64,000 bases of DNA. It comes from Alphaproteobacteria bacterium. GTDB lineage: Bacteria > Pseudomonadota > Alphaproteobacteria > GCA-2731375. Under the pieces are notes generated by a model. It had not been told where the DNA came from, did not search any database, and was given only the letters and a program-made list of their open reading frames with translations. Shown here one piece after another: positions 29,302 to 39,706 of the stretch (position 1 is its first letter; each line of letters starts with the position of its first letter). The stretch spans positions 288,001 through 352,000 of the forward strand of contig CBDDBZ010000038.1 in assembly GCA_965225945.1 (NCBI GenBank), in the 5' to 3' direction. The position numbers and the translations under genes were made by a program.

Positions 29302-31209
29302 ATGAGCCGCACATACGACGAGGTTTATGGCGCCTGGCGCGCGGATCCGGAGGCCTTCTGGGCCGAGGCGGCGGAAGACGTCGAGTGGTTCCGGCGCTGG
29401 GACCGGGTGCTCGACGACGACGCGGCGCCGCTCTTTCGCTGGTTCGTGGGCGCCGAGACCAACACCTGCCACAACGCGCTCGACCGCCACGTCGCCGCCG
29501 GCCGCGGCGACCAGCCGGCGGTGATCTACGATTCCCCCCTCGCCGGCAACCTGAAGCGCACGCTCACCTACGCCGAATTACAGGCCGAGGTGGCGCGGGC
29601 CGCCGGCATGCTGCGCGGCCTCGGCGTCGCGAAGGGCGACCGGGTGATCATCTACATGCCGATGGTGCCGGAGACGGTGGTGGCGATGCTGGCCTGTGCC
29701 CGGATCGGCGCGATTCATTCCGTCGTCTTCGGCGGCTTCGCCGCGAACGAGCTGGCGACGCGGATCGACGATGCCCGACCCAAGGCCATCCTGTCCGCCT
29801 CCTGCGGGATCGAGCCGGGCCGCGTGGTGCCCTATAAGCCGCTGCTCGACGGTGCGATCGAGATGGCCCGGCACAAGCCGGAGAAGACCGTGGTCCTGCA
29901 ACGCGAGATGGAGCCGGCCGAGCTGATGAGCGGCCGCGACCTCGATTGGGCCGACGCGATGGCCGCCGCCACGCCGGCCGACGTGGTGCCGGTGGCGGCG
30001 ACCGATCCGCTTTACATCCTCTATACCTCCGGCACCACGGGCGTCGCGAAGGGCGTGGTGCGCGACAACGGCGGCCATCTGGTGACGCTCAAATGGTCGA
30101 TGAAGAACATCTACGGGATCGATCCCGGAGAGACCTATTGGGCGGCCTCCGATGTCGGCTGGGTGGTCGGCCACTCCTATATCGTCTACGCGCCGTTGTT
30201 CCACGGCTGCACGACCATCCTCTACGAGGGCAAGCCGGTCGGCACGCCCGATCCCGGCGCCTTCTGGCGGGTGATCTCCGAGCATGGCGTCGCCGCGCTC
30301 TTTACCGCGCCGACCGCGTTCCGCGCGATCAAGAAAGAAGATCCGGAAGGGAGCCATATCGCCAATTATGATCTCTCGGCCTTCCGCACCCTCTTCCTCG
30401 CCGGCGAGCGGGCCGATCCCGACACCGTGCAATGGGCCGAACGAATGCTCGACCGCCCGGTGATCGATCACTGGTGGCAGACCGAGACCGGCTGGCCGAT
30501 CGCCGCCAATTGCGTCGGGCTCGGCCAGCTCCCGGTCAAGTATGGCTCCGCCACCAAGGCGGTGCCGGGCTACGACGTGCGCGTCGTCGACGCCGAGGTC
30601 AACGAGATGGCCCCGGGTGAGACCGGCGCCATCGTGCTCAAGCTGCCGCTGCCGCCGGGCAGCCTGGCGACGCTCTGGCAGAACGACGAGGGTTTCAAGC
30701 AGTCCTATCTGGAGGAGTTTCCCGGCCACTACAAGACGGCGGACGCCGGCTATATCGACGAGGAGGGCTACATCTTCGTCATGAGCCGGACCGACGACAT
30801 CATCAACGTGGCGGGCCACCGGCTCTCGACCGGCGGCATGGAGGAGGTGCTGTCGGCCCACCCGGATGTCGCCGAATGCGCGGTGATCGGCGTCGCCGAC
30901 CCGTTGAAGGGCCAGGTGCCGTTGGGCCTGGTGGTGTTGAAGGCCGGCGTCACCAGGGCCGAGGCCGAGATCTGCCGCGATCTGGTGGGCATGGTGCGCG
31001 GCCGGATCGGCCCGGTGGCGGCGTTCAAGACCTGTGCCGTGGTGGCGCGGTTGCCGAAGACGCGGTCGGGCAAGATCCTGCGCGGCACCATGCGAAGCAT
31101 CGCCGACGGCGAGGACTATACGCCGCCGGCGACGATCGACGATCCGGTAATCCTGGACGAAATCACGGGGGTGTTGGGGGAGGTTGGGTATCCGGGGGAG
31201 GGGGATTAG
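29302..31209 (+). CDS. prpE: Propionyl-CoA synthetase
   Basis: YTSGTTGVAKGVVRDNGGH, DHWWQTETG, RTDDIINVAGHRLS, LPKTRSGKILR. Confidence 0.92.
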   Translation: MSRTYDEVYGAWRADPEAFWAEAAEDVEWFRRWDRVLDDDAAPLFRWFVGAETNTCHNALDRHVAAGRGDQPAVIYDSPLAGNLKRTLTYAELQAEVARAAGMLRGLGVAKGDRVIIYMPMVPETVVAMLACARIGAIHSVVFGGFAANELATRIDDARPKAILSASCGIEPGRVVPYKPLLDGAIEMARHKPEKTVVLQREMEPAELMSGRDLDWADAMAAATPADVVPVAATDPLYILYTSGTTGVAKGVVRDNGGHLVTLKWSMKNIYGIDPGETYWAASDVGWVVGHSYIVYAPLFHGCTTILYEGKPVGTPDPGAFWRVISEHGVAALFTAPTAFRAIKKEDPEGSHIANYDLSAFRTLFLAGERADPDTVQWAERMLDRPVIDHWWQTETGWPIAANCVGLGQLPVKYGSATKAVPGYDVRVVDAEVNEMAPGETGAIVLKLPLPPGSLATLWQNDEGFKQSYLEEFPGHYKTADAGYIDEEGYIFVMSRTDDIINVAGHRLSTGGMEEVLSAHPDVAECAVIGVADPLKGQVPLGLVVLKAGVTRAEAEICRDLVGMVRGRIGPVAAFKTCAVVARLPKTRSGKILRGTMRSIADGEDYTPPATIDDPVILDEITGVLGEVGYPGEGD

Positions 31210-31320
31210 GCGAACGAGCGACCCGGCGGCGAAGGGGGCTGGTTGCCCGGTTGAGGGGCAATTTTGTGGGAAATATTGATGCCCGTTCCTTGAGACAGAG
31301 TTGTGTAGGTCCCAGATAAA

Positions 31321-31357
31321 ATATGCCCTTGACAGCATATGATCTCAAATGCATGAT
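31321..31357 (+). promoter_or_regulatory. TA operon promoter/operator, probably leaderless
   Basis: TTGACA (31329-34), 17-bp spacer, CATGAT (31352-57), ATG at 31364; palindrome ATATGC-N8-GCATAT straddles the -35. Confidence 0.65.
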
Positions 31358-31363
31358 TGGCAC

Positions 31364-31728
31364 ATGACCTGGGAAGTCGAATTTGATCCGGTCTTCGATC
31401 CGGAGTTTGACGCGCTCCCCGCCCAGGTGCAGGACGAGTTGCTTGCCCATGCGAAGCTTCTCGAAACATTCGGCCCGACGCTGGGCCGTCCCAGGGCCGA
31501 TACGCTGAACGGATCGCGCCACGCCAATATGAAGGAGCTTCGATTCGATGCCGCGGACGGCGTGTGGCGCGTGGCCTTTGCCTTCGACCCGAAGCGGCCG
31601 CCATCCTGCTCGTGGCCGGCGACAAATCGGGAGGCAGTGAAAGGCGCTTCTATAAGGCACTGATCAGGAAGGCGGACGATCGTTTCGATGCGCATCTGGA
31701 AAGATTGAAAGAGGAAAGGAGGGAGTGA
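31364..31728 (+). pseudogene. RelE/HigB-type toxin, frameshifted near 31597
   Basis: GPTLGRPRADTLNGSRHANMKELRF...AFDPKR, then AILLVAGDKSGGSERRFYKALIRKADDRFDAHL in a shifted frame. Confidence 0.85.
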
Positions 31729-32066
31729 TGACGAGGCTACGGGAAAGGATGGAGAAGCTGGCGAAGACGCGTCGGGGGAAGGTCGAGGCACGTGTAGGGG
31801 AGCTTATTGGCGAAGAACTGTCGCTACGGGATTTACGCAAGGCCCGCCGTCGCACCCAGGTTCGTCTGGCCAAGGAACTCGGTATCAATCAGGAGAACGT
31901 ATCGCGTATCGAAAAGCGGACCGATCTGCTGATTTCCACGCTGAGCGGTTATGTCGAGGCCATGGGCGGCACGTTGCGCCTGGTAGCGGAATTTCCCGAC
32001 CGCCCGCCGATCGTGTTGCGCGGTATTGGCGCGCTCGACGGGGAAGAGCGCCCGTCAAAACGCTGA
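31728..32066 (+). CDS. HigA-type XRE antitoxin
   Basis: LRDLRKARRRTQVRLAKELGINQENVSRIEKRTDLLISTL. Confidence 0.9.
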   Translation: MTRLRERMEKLAKTRRGKVEARVGELIGEELSLRDLRKARRRTQVRLAKELGINQENVSRIEKRTDLLISTLSGYVEAMGGTLRLVAEFPDRPPIVLRGIGALDGEERPSKR

Positions 32067-32321
32067 CGTTCCCGCTGGGATCGTGGAGGACAGTTTACTA
32101 TTTTCGGCGTCCCGCCTATGCCTGACGTTGGCGCGTTGCCCAAGACGCCAGAAGCCAGGAACCGCCCTTCATCTCATGGTGGAGAGGTCGCCCTGGACCC
32201 GGGCAAAAGCGGTCACCATGAAATGAAGGACGGAACACGGTCGGAAGAGTAAAGCCACCTTTGTGTTTTTTGCTCCAGAGCCGTCGCGCGCGCCAGCGCC
32301 CGGCGGGACACCGACGCCCCC

Positions 32322-33449
32322 TCAAGGCCGCTCGATCACCATCTCGTAGAGCCGGCCCTGGTAGCGCACCCAGAACCGCTCGATGTCCGTCGCCAGCAGC
32401 GCGTTCAGCTTGCGAGAGTTCTGGTAGTCGTGGTGGATGAGGTAGCGGCCGCTCCGCTTGTCGACCGCCGTGCCGGGTGACGCGATCGCCCGCTCGATGT
32501 CGGGGAAGACGCCGCTTTGCATCTCGCCCGGCGGGATCTCGATGACCGGCCCGCCGCGCGCGGCGCCGGCGACGAGCCGCGCGGTCAGCGTCGGTGTCTT
32601 GGGGTAGTAGCCGAGGCGCTGCATCTCGCGGCCGGTAGAGAGCAGGGCCTCGCCCTCGCGCATCCCCTGGCGGCGAAAACGGTCGACCAGGCGCCCATGG
32701 GTGCCCCGCATCTCGCGCAGCCGATTGACCTCAGGGGCGTGAGAATGCTCCTCGATCCAGCGTTTCGCCACGCCGTCGGGATAGCTCGACTGGTGATCGC
32801 CGCCCGCCAGGAGGACTCGGACCTCGCCCGTGCCATGGTCCACCAGCAGAATCGCGCTCGGGTAATAATCCGGGCCGGGGGGCGCCATCAGCTCGACCTC
32901 GCCCGCGACCGCGTCCTCCAGATAGCCGCCGATCGGCACGTGCTCGCGCGACCACTCGGACCGCTCCTCCAGCCGCCCGGTCTGGTTGTTCCAGCGGGCG
33001 AGGACGCCGTAAATCTCACTGCGTGGCCGGGTCGGGATCGACACCCGGATCGCGTATTCCAGCGCGCCGTTCTCGGCGTGGCGCAGGCGGACCGACGGCA
33101 GGGTGTAGAGCCGCCCGCGATAGGTCCGGAGCCAGCGGCCCTCGAGAGGCGAGGGCGGCCATTCGCGCAAGCTCTCGATGCGGCCCGTCGCCGGATCCAG
33201 CCGGCGCAGCCGAAAGCGGTCGCTTAAAGTCCAGGCGTGCGCCGGCGGGCTGAAGAACTCGTAACCGAGACCCCAGGAGAAGCCGGTGGTCTCGCGCTCG
33301 ATATAGAGCACCTTCAGGCCGTCGGAATCGAAGATCGGCGCATGATAGCCGAGCCGGGTGTCGAGGCCGGCGCGCATCACCACGGCCAAGAGGCCGAGCC
33401 CGAGTACCGCGGCCCCGCCGACGATCCAGAACCAGTGTTTTCTTGCCAT
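32322..33449 (-). CDS. Hypothetical membrane-anchored protein
   Basis: 375-aa ORF with GGAGGG RBS and N-terminal TM helix; no recognised motif. Confidence 0.7.
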   Translation of the reverse strand: MARKHWFWIVGGAAVLGLGLLAVVMRAGLDTRLGYHAPIFDSDGLKVLYIERETTGFSWGLGYEFFSPPAHAWTLSDRFRLRRLDPATGRIESLREWPPSPLEGRWLRTYRGRLYTLPSVRLRHAENGALEYAIRVSIPTRPRSEIYGVLARWNNQTGRLEERSEWSREHVPIGGYLEDAVAGEVELMAPPGPDYYPSAILLVDHGTGEVRVLLAGGDHQSSYPDGVAKRWIEEHSHAPEVNRLREMRGTHGRLVDRFRRQGMREGEALLSTGREMQRLGYYPKTPTLTARLVAGAARGGPVIEIPPGEMQSGVFPDIERAIASPGTAVDKRSGRYLIHHDYQNSRKLNALLATDIERFWVRYQGRLYEMVIERP

Positions 33450-33652
33450 GCGGCCTTGCCCTCCAGGGCGACAGGATATCCCCATGACGTGGCGTTCGGC
33501 CCGCGCGCGTGCAAGTATCGCCGCCGCACCCCGGCCCGGGCGGTCGTTGCGTCTCGGAGGCACTCGACATGAACGGGATTGGTTCCGCGACGGAGACTCG
33601 GCGCCACGACGACGGCGCCCGAAGCGCCGTCCACGCCTGATCCCTGGCGGCG

Positions 33653-34909
33653 ATGAACGAGGCAAGCGGGGCCGACGACGAGAAGGCCGCGCCGGGCCTC
33701 GCCCGCGTCCTCGGCCTCGTCTTCCTGCCTTTCGCCTGCGGCTATTACCTCTCCTACCTCTACCGCAGCACCAACGCGGTGATCGCGCCCGATCTGGTGG
33801 CCGACATCGGCCTGTCGGCGAGCGAGCTGGGCCTGCTGACGGCCGCCTATCCCTTGGCCTTCGGGCTGTTTCAGGTCCCGCTCGGGCTGCTGCTCGATCG
33901 CTTCGGGCCGCGCCGCGTGCAGGCCGTGCTGATGCTGGTCGCGGCCTTGGGGGCGCTCGGTTTCGGCCTCGGCCGCGACCTGGCGAGCCTGACGCTGTTT
34001 CGCGCCATCATCGGCATCGGTGTCTCCGGCGGGTTGATGGCGGCCTTCAAGGCGGTGACCATGTGGTTCCCGCCGGCCCGCTGGCCGCTCGCCAACGGCT
34101 GCTTCCTGGCCACCGGCGGGCTCGGCGCCTTGAGCGCCACGGTGCCGCTCGAATTCGCGCTGAGCTTCGCCGATTGGCGCACGATCTACCTCGCCCTCGC
34201 GGGCTTCAACTTCGTCGTCGCCGGCCTGATCTTCCGGTTGGTGCCGGAACGTGCCAGCGGGGCTGAGGAGACCGGTTTCGCCGCCGCCGTCTCGGGCCTG
34301 GGGCGGATCTTCCGCGATTCCCTGTTCTGGCGTTTCGCGCCGATTTGCATCGCCACCTTCGGCGCCAGCTTCTCCTTCCAGGGGCTGTGGGCCGGGCCCT
34401 GGCTCGCCGACGTGATCGGCCTCTCCCGCGACGCGGTGGCGCTGCACCTGATGGTGACCACGGGGCTGCTGGCGCTCGGCTCGATTCTGATCGGCGTGGT
34501 CGCCGACCGGCTGGTGGCCCGCGGCATCACGCTGGCTGCCATCGTCGCCTGGGGGGCGCTGCTGTTCATCCTGACGCAGGTGCCGCTGGCGCTCGACTGG
34601 CGGGCGGCGGCGCTCGTCCCCGTCGCCGGGATCGGCCTGCTCTCCAACATCGGCACGCTCTGCTATGCCCGGCTCAGCCAGCACTTCGGCGGCGCGGCGA
34701 GCGGGCGCGCCAACACCGGGCTCAACGTCCTGGTCTTCACCGGCGCCTTCGCCATCCAATACCTGATCGGCGCCATCCTCGACCTCTGGGGCCCGGATGC
34801 GACGGGGCGCTACCCGGCCGTCGCCTATCAGGCCGCCTTCGCCACTCTGATGGTCCCCCAGGTCCTCGCCTGGTTCTGGCTGCTGCGTCGCGGCCGGCCG
34901 GCGCGCTGA
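33653..34909 (+). CDS. MFS transporter
   Basis: About 12 TM segments; GLLLDRFGPRR motif A. Confidence 0.92.
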   Translation: MNEASGADDEKAAPGLARVLGLVFLPFACGYYLSYLYRSTNAVIAPDLVADIGLSASELGLLTAAYPLAFGLFQVPLGLLLDRFGPRRVQAVLMLVAALGALGFGLGRDLASLTLFRAIIGIGVSGGLMAAFKAVTMWFPPARWPLANGCFLATGGLGALSATVPLEFALSFADWRTIYLALAGFNFVVAGLIFRLVPERASGAEETGFAAAVSGLGRIFRDSLFWRFAPICIATFGASFSFQGLWAGPWLADVIGLSRDAVALHLMVTTGLLALGSILIGVVADRLVARGITLAAIVAWGALLFILTQVPLALDWRAAALVPVAGIGLLSNIGTLCYARLSQHFGGAASGRANTGLNVLVFTGAFAIQYLIGAILDLWGPDATGRYPAVAYQAAFATLMVPQVLAWFWLLRRGRPAR

Positions 34910-35031
34910 GGCCATGCCCGAGCGGGTTGCACCACCCGCGCCGAGCCGAGGACCGCGTTTTCGCGTGCTTGGCCGGCGGCGATCGGTCAAGATGGCGCCG
35001 AATTCCCGCCACCAGCCCGGATCCCGCCGTC

Positions 35032-35757
35032 ATGTCAGCCGAAATCGTCGCCGAACTCGCCCCGGGCGGTACCTTGCGTGCCGCCATCAACACTGCCAAC
35101 TTCCTGCTCGTCACCGCCAAGAGCGACAGCGGCGATCCGCAGGGCGTGGCGCCGGATCTCGCGGGCGAGATCGCCAAGCGCTTGGGCGTCCCCCTCGCCC
35201 TCGTTCCCTTCGCGACACCGGGCGAGCTGGCGGACGCGGCGGGAAGCGACGTCTGGGACATCGGCCTGATCGGGGCCGAGCCGGCCCGGGCCGAGATCAT
35301 CGCCTTCACCGCCGCCTATGTGGAGATCGAGGCGACCTACCTGGTGCCCGCCGGCTCCCCCCTCGACTCGATCGCGGCGGTCGACGCGCCCGGCGTCAGG
35401 ATCGCGGTAACGGATCGCAGCGCCTATGGCCTCTGGCTCGACCGCAACATCCGGCATGCCGAGCTGGTGCGCACCAAGGGCCTGGATTCGGCTTACGAGA
35501 CGTTCGTCGCCGAGGGGCTGGAGGCGCTGGCCGGCCTGCGCCCCCGCCTGCTCACCGATATCCAGAAGCTCCCCGGCGCCCGCATCCTCGACGGCCAGTT
35601 CGCCGCCGTGCAGCAAGCGGTCGGCACGCCCAAGGCCAACCGGGCGAGCGCCGCCTTTCTGGCGCAATTCGTCGAGGAGGCGAAGGCGAGCGGCCTGATT
35701 GCCAGCCTGATCGAGCGTCACTCGGTCATAGGACTCTCGGTGGCGCCCCCGGCGTGA
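35032..35757 (+). CDS. Family-3 substrate-binding-domain protein
   Basis: ELAPGGTLRAAINTAN, GVAPDLAGEIAKRLG, YVEIEATYLV. Confidence 0.85.
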   Translation: MSAEIVAELAPGGTLRAAINTANFLLVTAKSDSGDPQGVAPDLAGEIAKRLGVPLALVPFATPGELADAAGSDVWDIGLIGAEPARAEIIAFTAAYVEIEATYLVPAGSPLDSIAAVDAPGVRIAVTDRSAYGLWLDRNIRHAELVRTKGLDSAYETFVAEGLEALAGLRPRLLTDIQKLPGARILDGQFAAVQQAVGTPKANRASAAFLAQFVEEAKASGLIASLIERHSVIGLSVAPPA

Positions 35758-35777
35758 GGCGGCGGTCCGATCATGCT

Positions 35778-36830
35778 CTAGTAGCCCCGCTCCCAGTCGA
35801 GGACGTTCTGGAGCGGCCGGCCGGCGAGGTAGGCGGCGAGGTTGTTCAGGAAGACCTCGACCGAGCGGTGGCGATCCGCGTCGCCGGCGGCAGAGATGTG
35901 CGGCGTCAAGACCACCCGGGGATGCGACCAGAGCTCAGGCAGCGGCAAGCCTTCGAACTCGCCGTCATAGACGTCGAGCACGGCGCCCCGGAGATGTTCG
36001 CGCTCGAGCGCCGCCAACAGCGCCGCCTCGTCGATGATCTCGCCCCGGGCGACGTTGGTGATGACGCTGCCCTCTTTCATCCGGGCGAAGCGTTCGGCGT
36101 TGAAGAGGTGCGTCGTCTCCGGCGTCCACTGACAACAGACCGCGACGAAATCGCTCTCCGCCAGATAGCGGTCGAGATTCTCGGGCCCGCCCAGCTCGGC
36201 GAACCCCGGGGCCTGCTCGCCGTTCGGGTGGCGCCGGGTTCCCACCACGCGCATGCCGAGCGCGGCGGCGATGCGGCCAAGCTCGCGGCCGATCCCGCCG
36301 GCGCCGACGACGCAGAGCGTCTTGCCGTCGATAAGCCGCGGCCGGTAGGCGCGATGGTCGAAGTCTCCGGCCGCCCGGTCGTGGGCCGCCTGGTTCAGGC
36401 CCTTGGCGAAATGCAGGATGCCGGCGATGGTGAATTCCGCCATCGCCAGCGTGTTGCCGGCGCCGCGCGAGGTGGTGACCACCACGTCGCTGCCCCAGAG
36501 GTCGCCGCGCAGCAGGTTGGAGGCGCCGGCAGGGCGCTGGTGGAACCATTCGAGCTTTGGCGCGCGCGAGCGCAGGTCGAGCGGGAAGGGCCAACCGCCG
36601 AGGATCACCTCCGCCTCTCCGAGCAGGCCGTCGCGCGCCTCCCGCGTGCCCTGCCCCATGGCCTCGGGCGCCAGATAGCGCGCGACGGTGTGGGCGGGCC
36701 AGGTTTCGCGAATCTCGCCGTCGAACCAGCCGCCCGCGTCGGTCAGCCGAATGCCGGGGCCGACGGCCTGGATCCGCGCCTTGTCCGCGGCACTCAGCCG
36801 CTGGATGCAGAGAAGGTTCAGCTCGCGCAT
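35778..36830 (-). CDS. D-2-hydroxyacid dehydrogenase family protein
   Basis: VVGAGGIG, NVARGEII, LDVY, LTPHIS. Confidence 0.9.
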   Translation of the reverse strand: MRELNLLCIQRLSAADKARIQAVGPGIRLTDAGGWFDGEIRETWPAHTVARYLAPEAMGQGTREARDGLLGEAEVILGGWPFPLDLRSRAPKLEWFHQRPAGASNLLRGDLWGSDVVVTTSRGAGNTLAMAEFTIAGILHFAKGLNQAAHDRAAGDFDHRAYRPRLIDGKTLCVVGAGGIGRELGRIAAALGMRVVGTRRHPNGEQAPGFAELGGPENLDRYLAESDFVAVCCQWTPETTHLFNAERFARMKEGSVITNVARGEIIDEAALLAALEREHLRGAVLDVYDGEFEGLPLPELWSHPRVVLTPHISAAGDADRHRSVEVFLNNLAAYLAGRPLQNVLDWERGY

Positions 36831-36856
36831 GGTCGATCTCCCGCTGGTTATCCCAA

Positions 36857-38617
36857 TCAGGCGATCCGGTCGCCCTTGGCCGCGGGCTGGCGGGCCCGGC
36901 TGTCGACGCCCGGCAGCATCTTCGCCGGATCGCGGGTGACGCGGACGTCGATCACGCTCGGCAGGGTTCGCTCCGCCATCCCCTCGGCCAGCGCGGCCGG
37001 GAGCTGCTCCGGCGTCTCCACCCGAATGCCGTGGCAGCCGAAGGCGCGGGCGATCTCGGCGTAGTTCAACTCTTCCAAGTCGCTCGACTGGAAGCGGCCG
37101 CCGAACAGCGCCTGTTGCAACGCCTTGACGTAGCCGGAAGCGGCGTTGTTGACCACGACCAGGGTGAAGGCGGTGCCGAGACGGCGCGCCGTCTCCAGCT
37201 CGCCGATGGTCATGTTGAGGCCGCCGTCGCCGGTGATCGAGACCACCGGGCGATCCGGCGCCGCGAGCTGCGCGCCCATCGCGCCGGGCAGGCCATAGCC
37301 GATCGAGGCGAGCCCCCGGTTGGCGATATAGCCGCGTCCGGCCTGCTTGGTGTCGTAGAGCAGCCCGGTCCAGTGCGCGGCGAAGCCGCCGTCGGCGACC
37401 AGGATCGCCTCGGCCGGCAGCGCCTGGTTCAGCTCGTGACAGAGCCTGGCCATGTTGACCGGCGTCTCGTCGGAAGTGAGCCGTGGCGTCACCTCGGCGA
37501 TCCAGGCCTCGCGCATGCGGGCGATGTCGGCGGCGAGCGCCGAGCGCTCGCCGGATTGCTGGTCGACGTCGTCCAGCATCGCGTCCATCAGATCGTCGAT
37601 CCCGGCTTCCGCGTCGCTCCAGAGCGCGATGTCGGCGGGCACCGAGCGGCCGATCTCCTCCGCCAGGATCTCCAGATGGATCATCGGAATTCCCCGGGGC
37701 GGCAGGACGTAGCGCTTGGTGGCGATCTCGCCGAGCTTGCAACCGACGACGAGGATGGCGTCGCTCGCCTCCATCACGTCGTTGGCGAAGCGGGAATAGC
37801 GGCCGAAGAGGCCGAGCGACAGCGGATGCGTGCAGGGGATCGAACCCTTGCCGCTGAGGGTATGGGCGACGGGGATGGTGTGCTGCTCGGCGAAGGCGGT
37901 CAGCGTCGCCTGGGCACCGCTCAAATGCACGCCGCCGCCGGCCAGGATGATCGGCCGCTTGGCCCGGGCCAGCACTTCGGCGGCGCGCGCCAGCTCGGTC
38001 TTGTCGGGGCGGATGCGGTGGGCCGGAATCGCGATCGCCGAGAGGTCCGGGGCGAGTTCGGCCTCGGAGAATTCGTGGGCACCGTGGCAGACGTCCTCGG
38101 GCACGTCGAGCAGCACCGGGCCCGGGCGGCCGGAGGTGGCGACCTGATAGGCGCGGCGCACCAGTTCCGGCAGGCGGCGGATGTCCTCGACCCGGATCAC
38201 CTGCTTCACCGCGGGCGCCAGAATGTCGAGCTGGCGGGCCTCCTGGGTCATGTTCTTGCCCGAGTGGAGGCGGTTGGTGTCGCCCGCGAGCGCCACGATC
38301 GGCACGCCGGCGTTGAGCGATTCCACCAGGCCCGTCACCAGGTTGGTGACCCCCGGCCCGAGCGTGCCGTCGCAGATCCCGGGCCGCCCGGCGATGCGGG
38401 CCCAGGCGTCGGCCGCGAAGGCGCCGGCCCTCTCGTCGTTGATCAGCGTGTGGGTCAGGCCGGCGTCGCGGATCGAATCGTAGAACGGCAGCAACTGAAA
38501 GCCGCCCATGCCGAATCCCGGCGCCGCGTCGTGCGCCTTCAGCATGCGGGCCAGGACCTGGCCCCCGGTCATCTCGCGGGGCGGATCGTTCGGGCGATCG
38601 GGGCTGTCGTCTGACAT
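36857..38617 (-). CDS. Thiamine pyrophosphate-dependent enzyme (acetolactate synthase-like)
   Basis: MTGGQVL, NDERAGAFAAD, GPGVTN, GRPGPV, GDGGLNM...VVNN. Confidence 0.9.
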   Translation of the reverse strand: MSDDSPDRPNDPPREMTGGQVLARMLKAHDAAPGFGMGGFQLLPFYDSIRDAGLTHTLINDERAGAFAADAWARIAGRPGICDGTLGPGVTNLVTGLVESLNAGVPIVALAGDTNRLHSGKNMTQEARQLDILAPAVKQVIRVEDIRRLPELVRRAYQVATSGRPGPVLLDVPEDVCHGAHEFSEAELAPDLSAIAIPAHRIRPDKTELARAAEVLARAKRPIILAGGGVHLSGAQATLTAFAEQHTIPVAHTLSGKGSIPCTHPLSLGLFGRYSRFANDVMEASDAILVVGCKLGEIATKRYVLPPRGIPMIHLEILAEEIGRSVPADIALWSDAEAGIDDLMDAMLDDVDQQSGERSALAADIARMREAWIAEVTPRLTSDETPVNMARLCHELNQALPAEAILVADGGFAAHWTGLLYDTKQAGRGYIANRGLASIGYGLPGAMGAQLAAPDRPVVSITGDGGLNMTIGELETARRLGTAFTLVVVNNAASGYVKALQQALFGGRFQSSDLEELNYAEIARAFGCHGIRVETPEQLPAALAEGMAERTLPSVIDVRVTRDPAKMLPGVDSRARQPAAKGDRIA

Positions 38618-38644
38618 GGGCACTCGCTTCGTGCTTGAGTTGCT

Positions 38645-39472
38645 TTAGCCGTGATGGCGGCGGATGGCGGCGGCGAAGGCCGGCAGGTCCATGGCGAGCA
38701 CGACCCCGGCGGCCTTCGCGACCTGGTTCATGCGGCTGACCCGGCCGCTCGCCCAGTGCGAGCGCGCGTCGCCGATGCGAGCGGTCCGGTGGTCCACGGT
38801 GACGCCGGCGATGCCGCGATCATCGAGCACAGGCAGCCGGCCGATACCGGCCTCGTCGATGCCGATGCCGGCGTCGTTGAAGGCGGCGGCGACCACGTCA
38901 TGGCGGATGGCGCCGGCCGGATCGCCCCCCATGAGGCCGCCGTGGGAACCGGCGACGATGATGTCGGGCGCGTCTTCCGGGCGCACAAGGGAAGTGGAAT
39001 CGATTCCCCAGACCCGGGGGCCGGTTTCGGCGTCGTCGAGCAAGAAGCGGGCCTCCTCGTAGAGGGGCGCATCGCCGCTGGGCGCGGGGGCGTCGCACAT
39101 CCGTTCCGCCGCCGCTTGCGCCGCCATGGCGGTCTCGACGCCGGCGGCGGCGGCGGCCTCGTTCAGATGGCTGATCCGACCGCGCGCCGCGATGTCCACG
39201 CCGTCGCCGATGCGGGCGCTCAGATGGCTCACCGTGGCCGCCGCCAGGCCCAGCCGATCGAGGTAGGGAAGCGCGCCGATCCCCGCTTCCTCCATGCCGA
39301 CGCCGGCATCGCTCAGGATCACGGCCCGAACGCCGGCGGCGGCGGCGAGGTAGCCGGCATAGACGCCGCCGTGGCTACCGCCGATCAACACGTTGCCGCG
39401 ATGCGCCGCCCCGAGTTTGGTGACGGAGTCCGCGATCAGCACTCGAGGCGCCTCGCCGTTGCCATGCGTCAT
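38645..39472 (-). CDS. Hypothetical protein made of two tandem DS...GSHGG...DAG...ARIGD domains
   Basis: Internal duplication visible in the translation. Confidence 0.8.
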   Translation of the reverse strand: MTHGNGEAPRVLIADSVTKLGAAHRGNVLIGGSHGGVYAGYLAAAAGVRAVILSDAGVGMEEAGIGALPYLDRLGLAAATVSHLSARIGDGVDIAARGRISHLNEAAAAAGVETAMAAQAAAERMCDAPAPSGDAPLYEEARFLLDDAETGPRVWGIDSTSLVRPEDAPDIIVAGSHGGLMGGDPAGAIRHDVVAAAFNDAGIGIDEAGIGRLPVLDDRGIAGVTVDHRTARIGDARSHWASGRVSRMNQVAKAAGVVLAMDLPAFAAAIRRHHG

Positions 39473-39706
39473 GGTGAAATCGTGCTTTCCCGCCGATGGT
39501 CGAGGGCACTTCTACCCGTCGGTAAAACCTTATACAAGGGAGCGAACCCAGCTCGCGAGCGGGTCGGAGGGACGTTGCTTGGCACCTGCGCGTTACAACC
39601 TCGACGTTGACCGTCGGCTCGGCCATTACCGCGCCGTGGCACGATTCCGCTCGGGAGGTGGTGGCGGAGTCAACGTGAGCTGAAGACGGCGGGAAACGGG
39701 GGCGCG

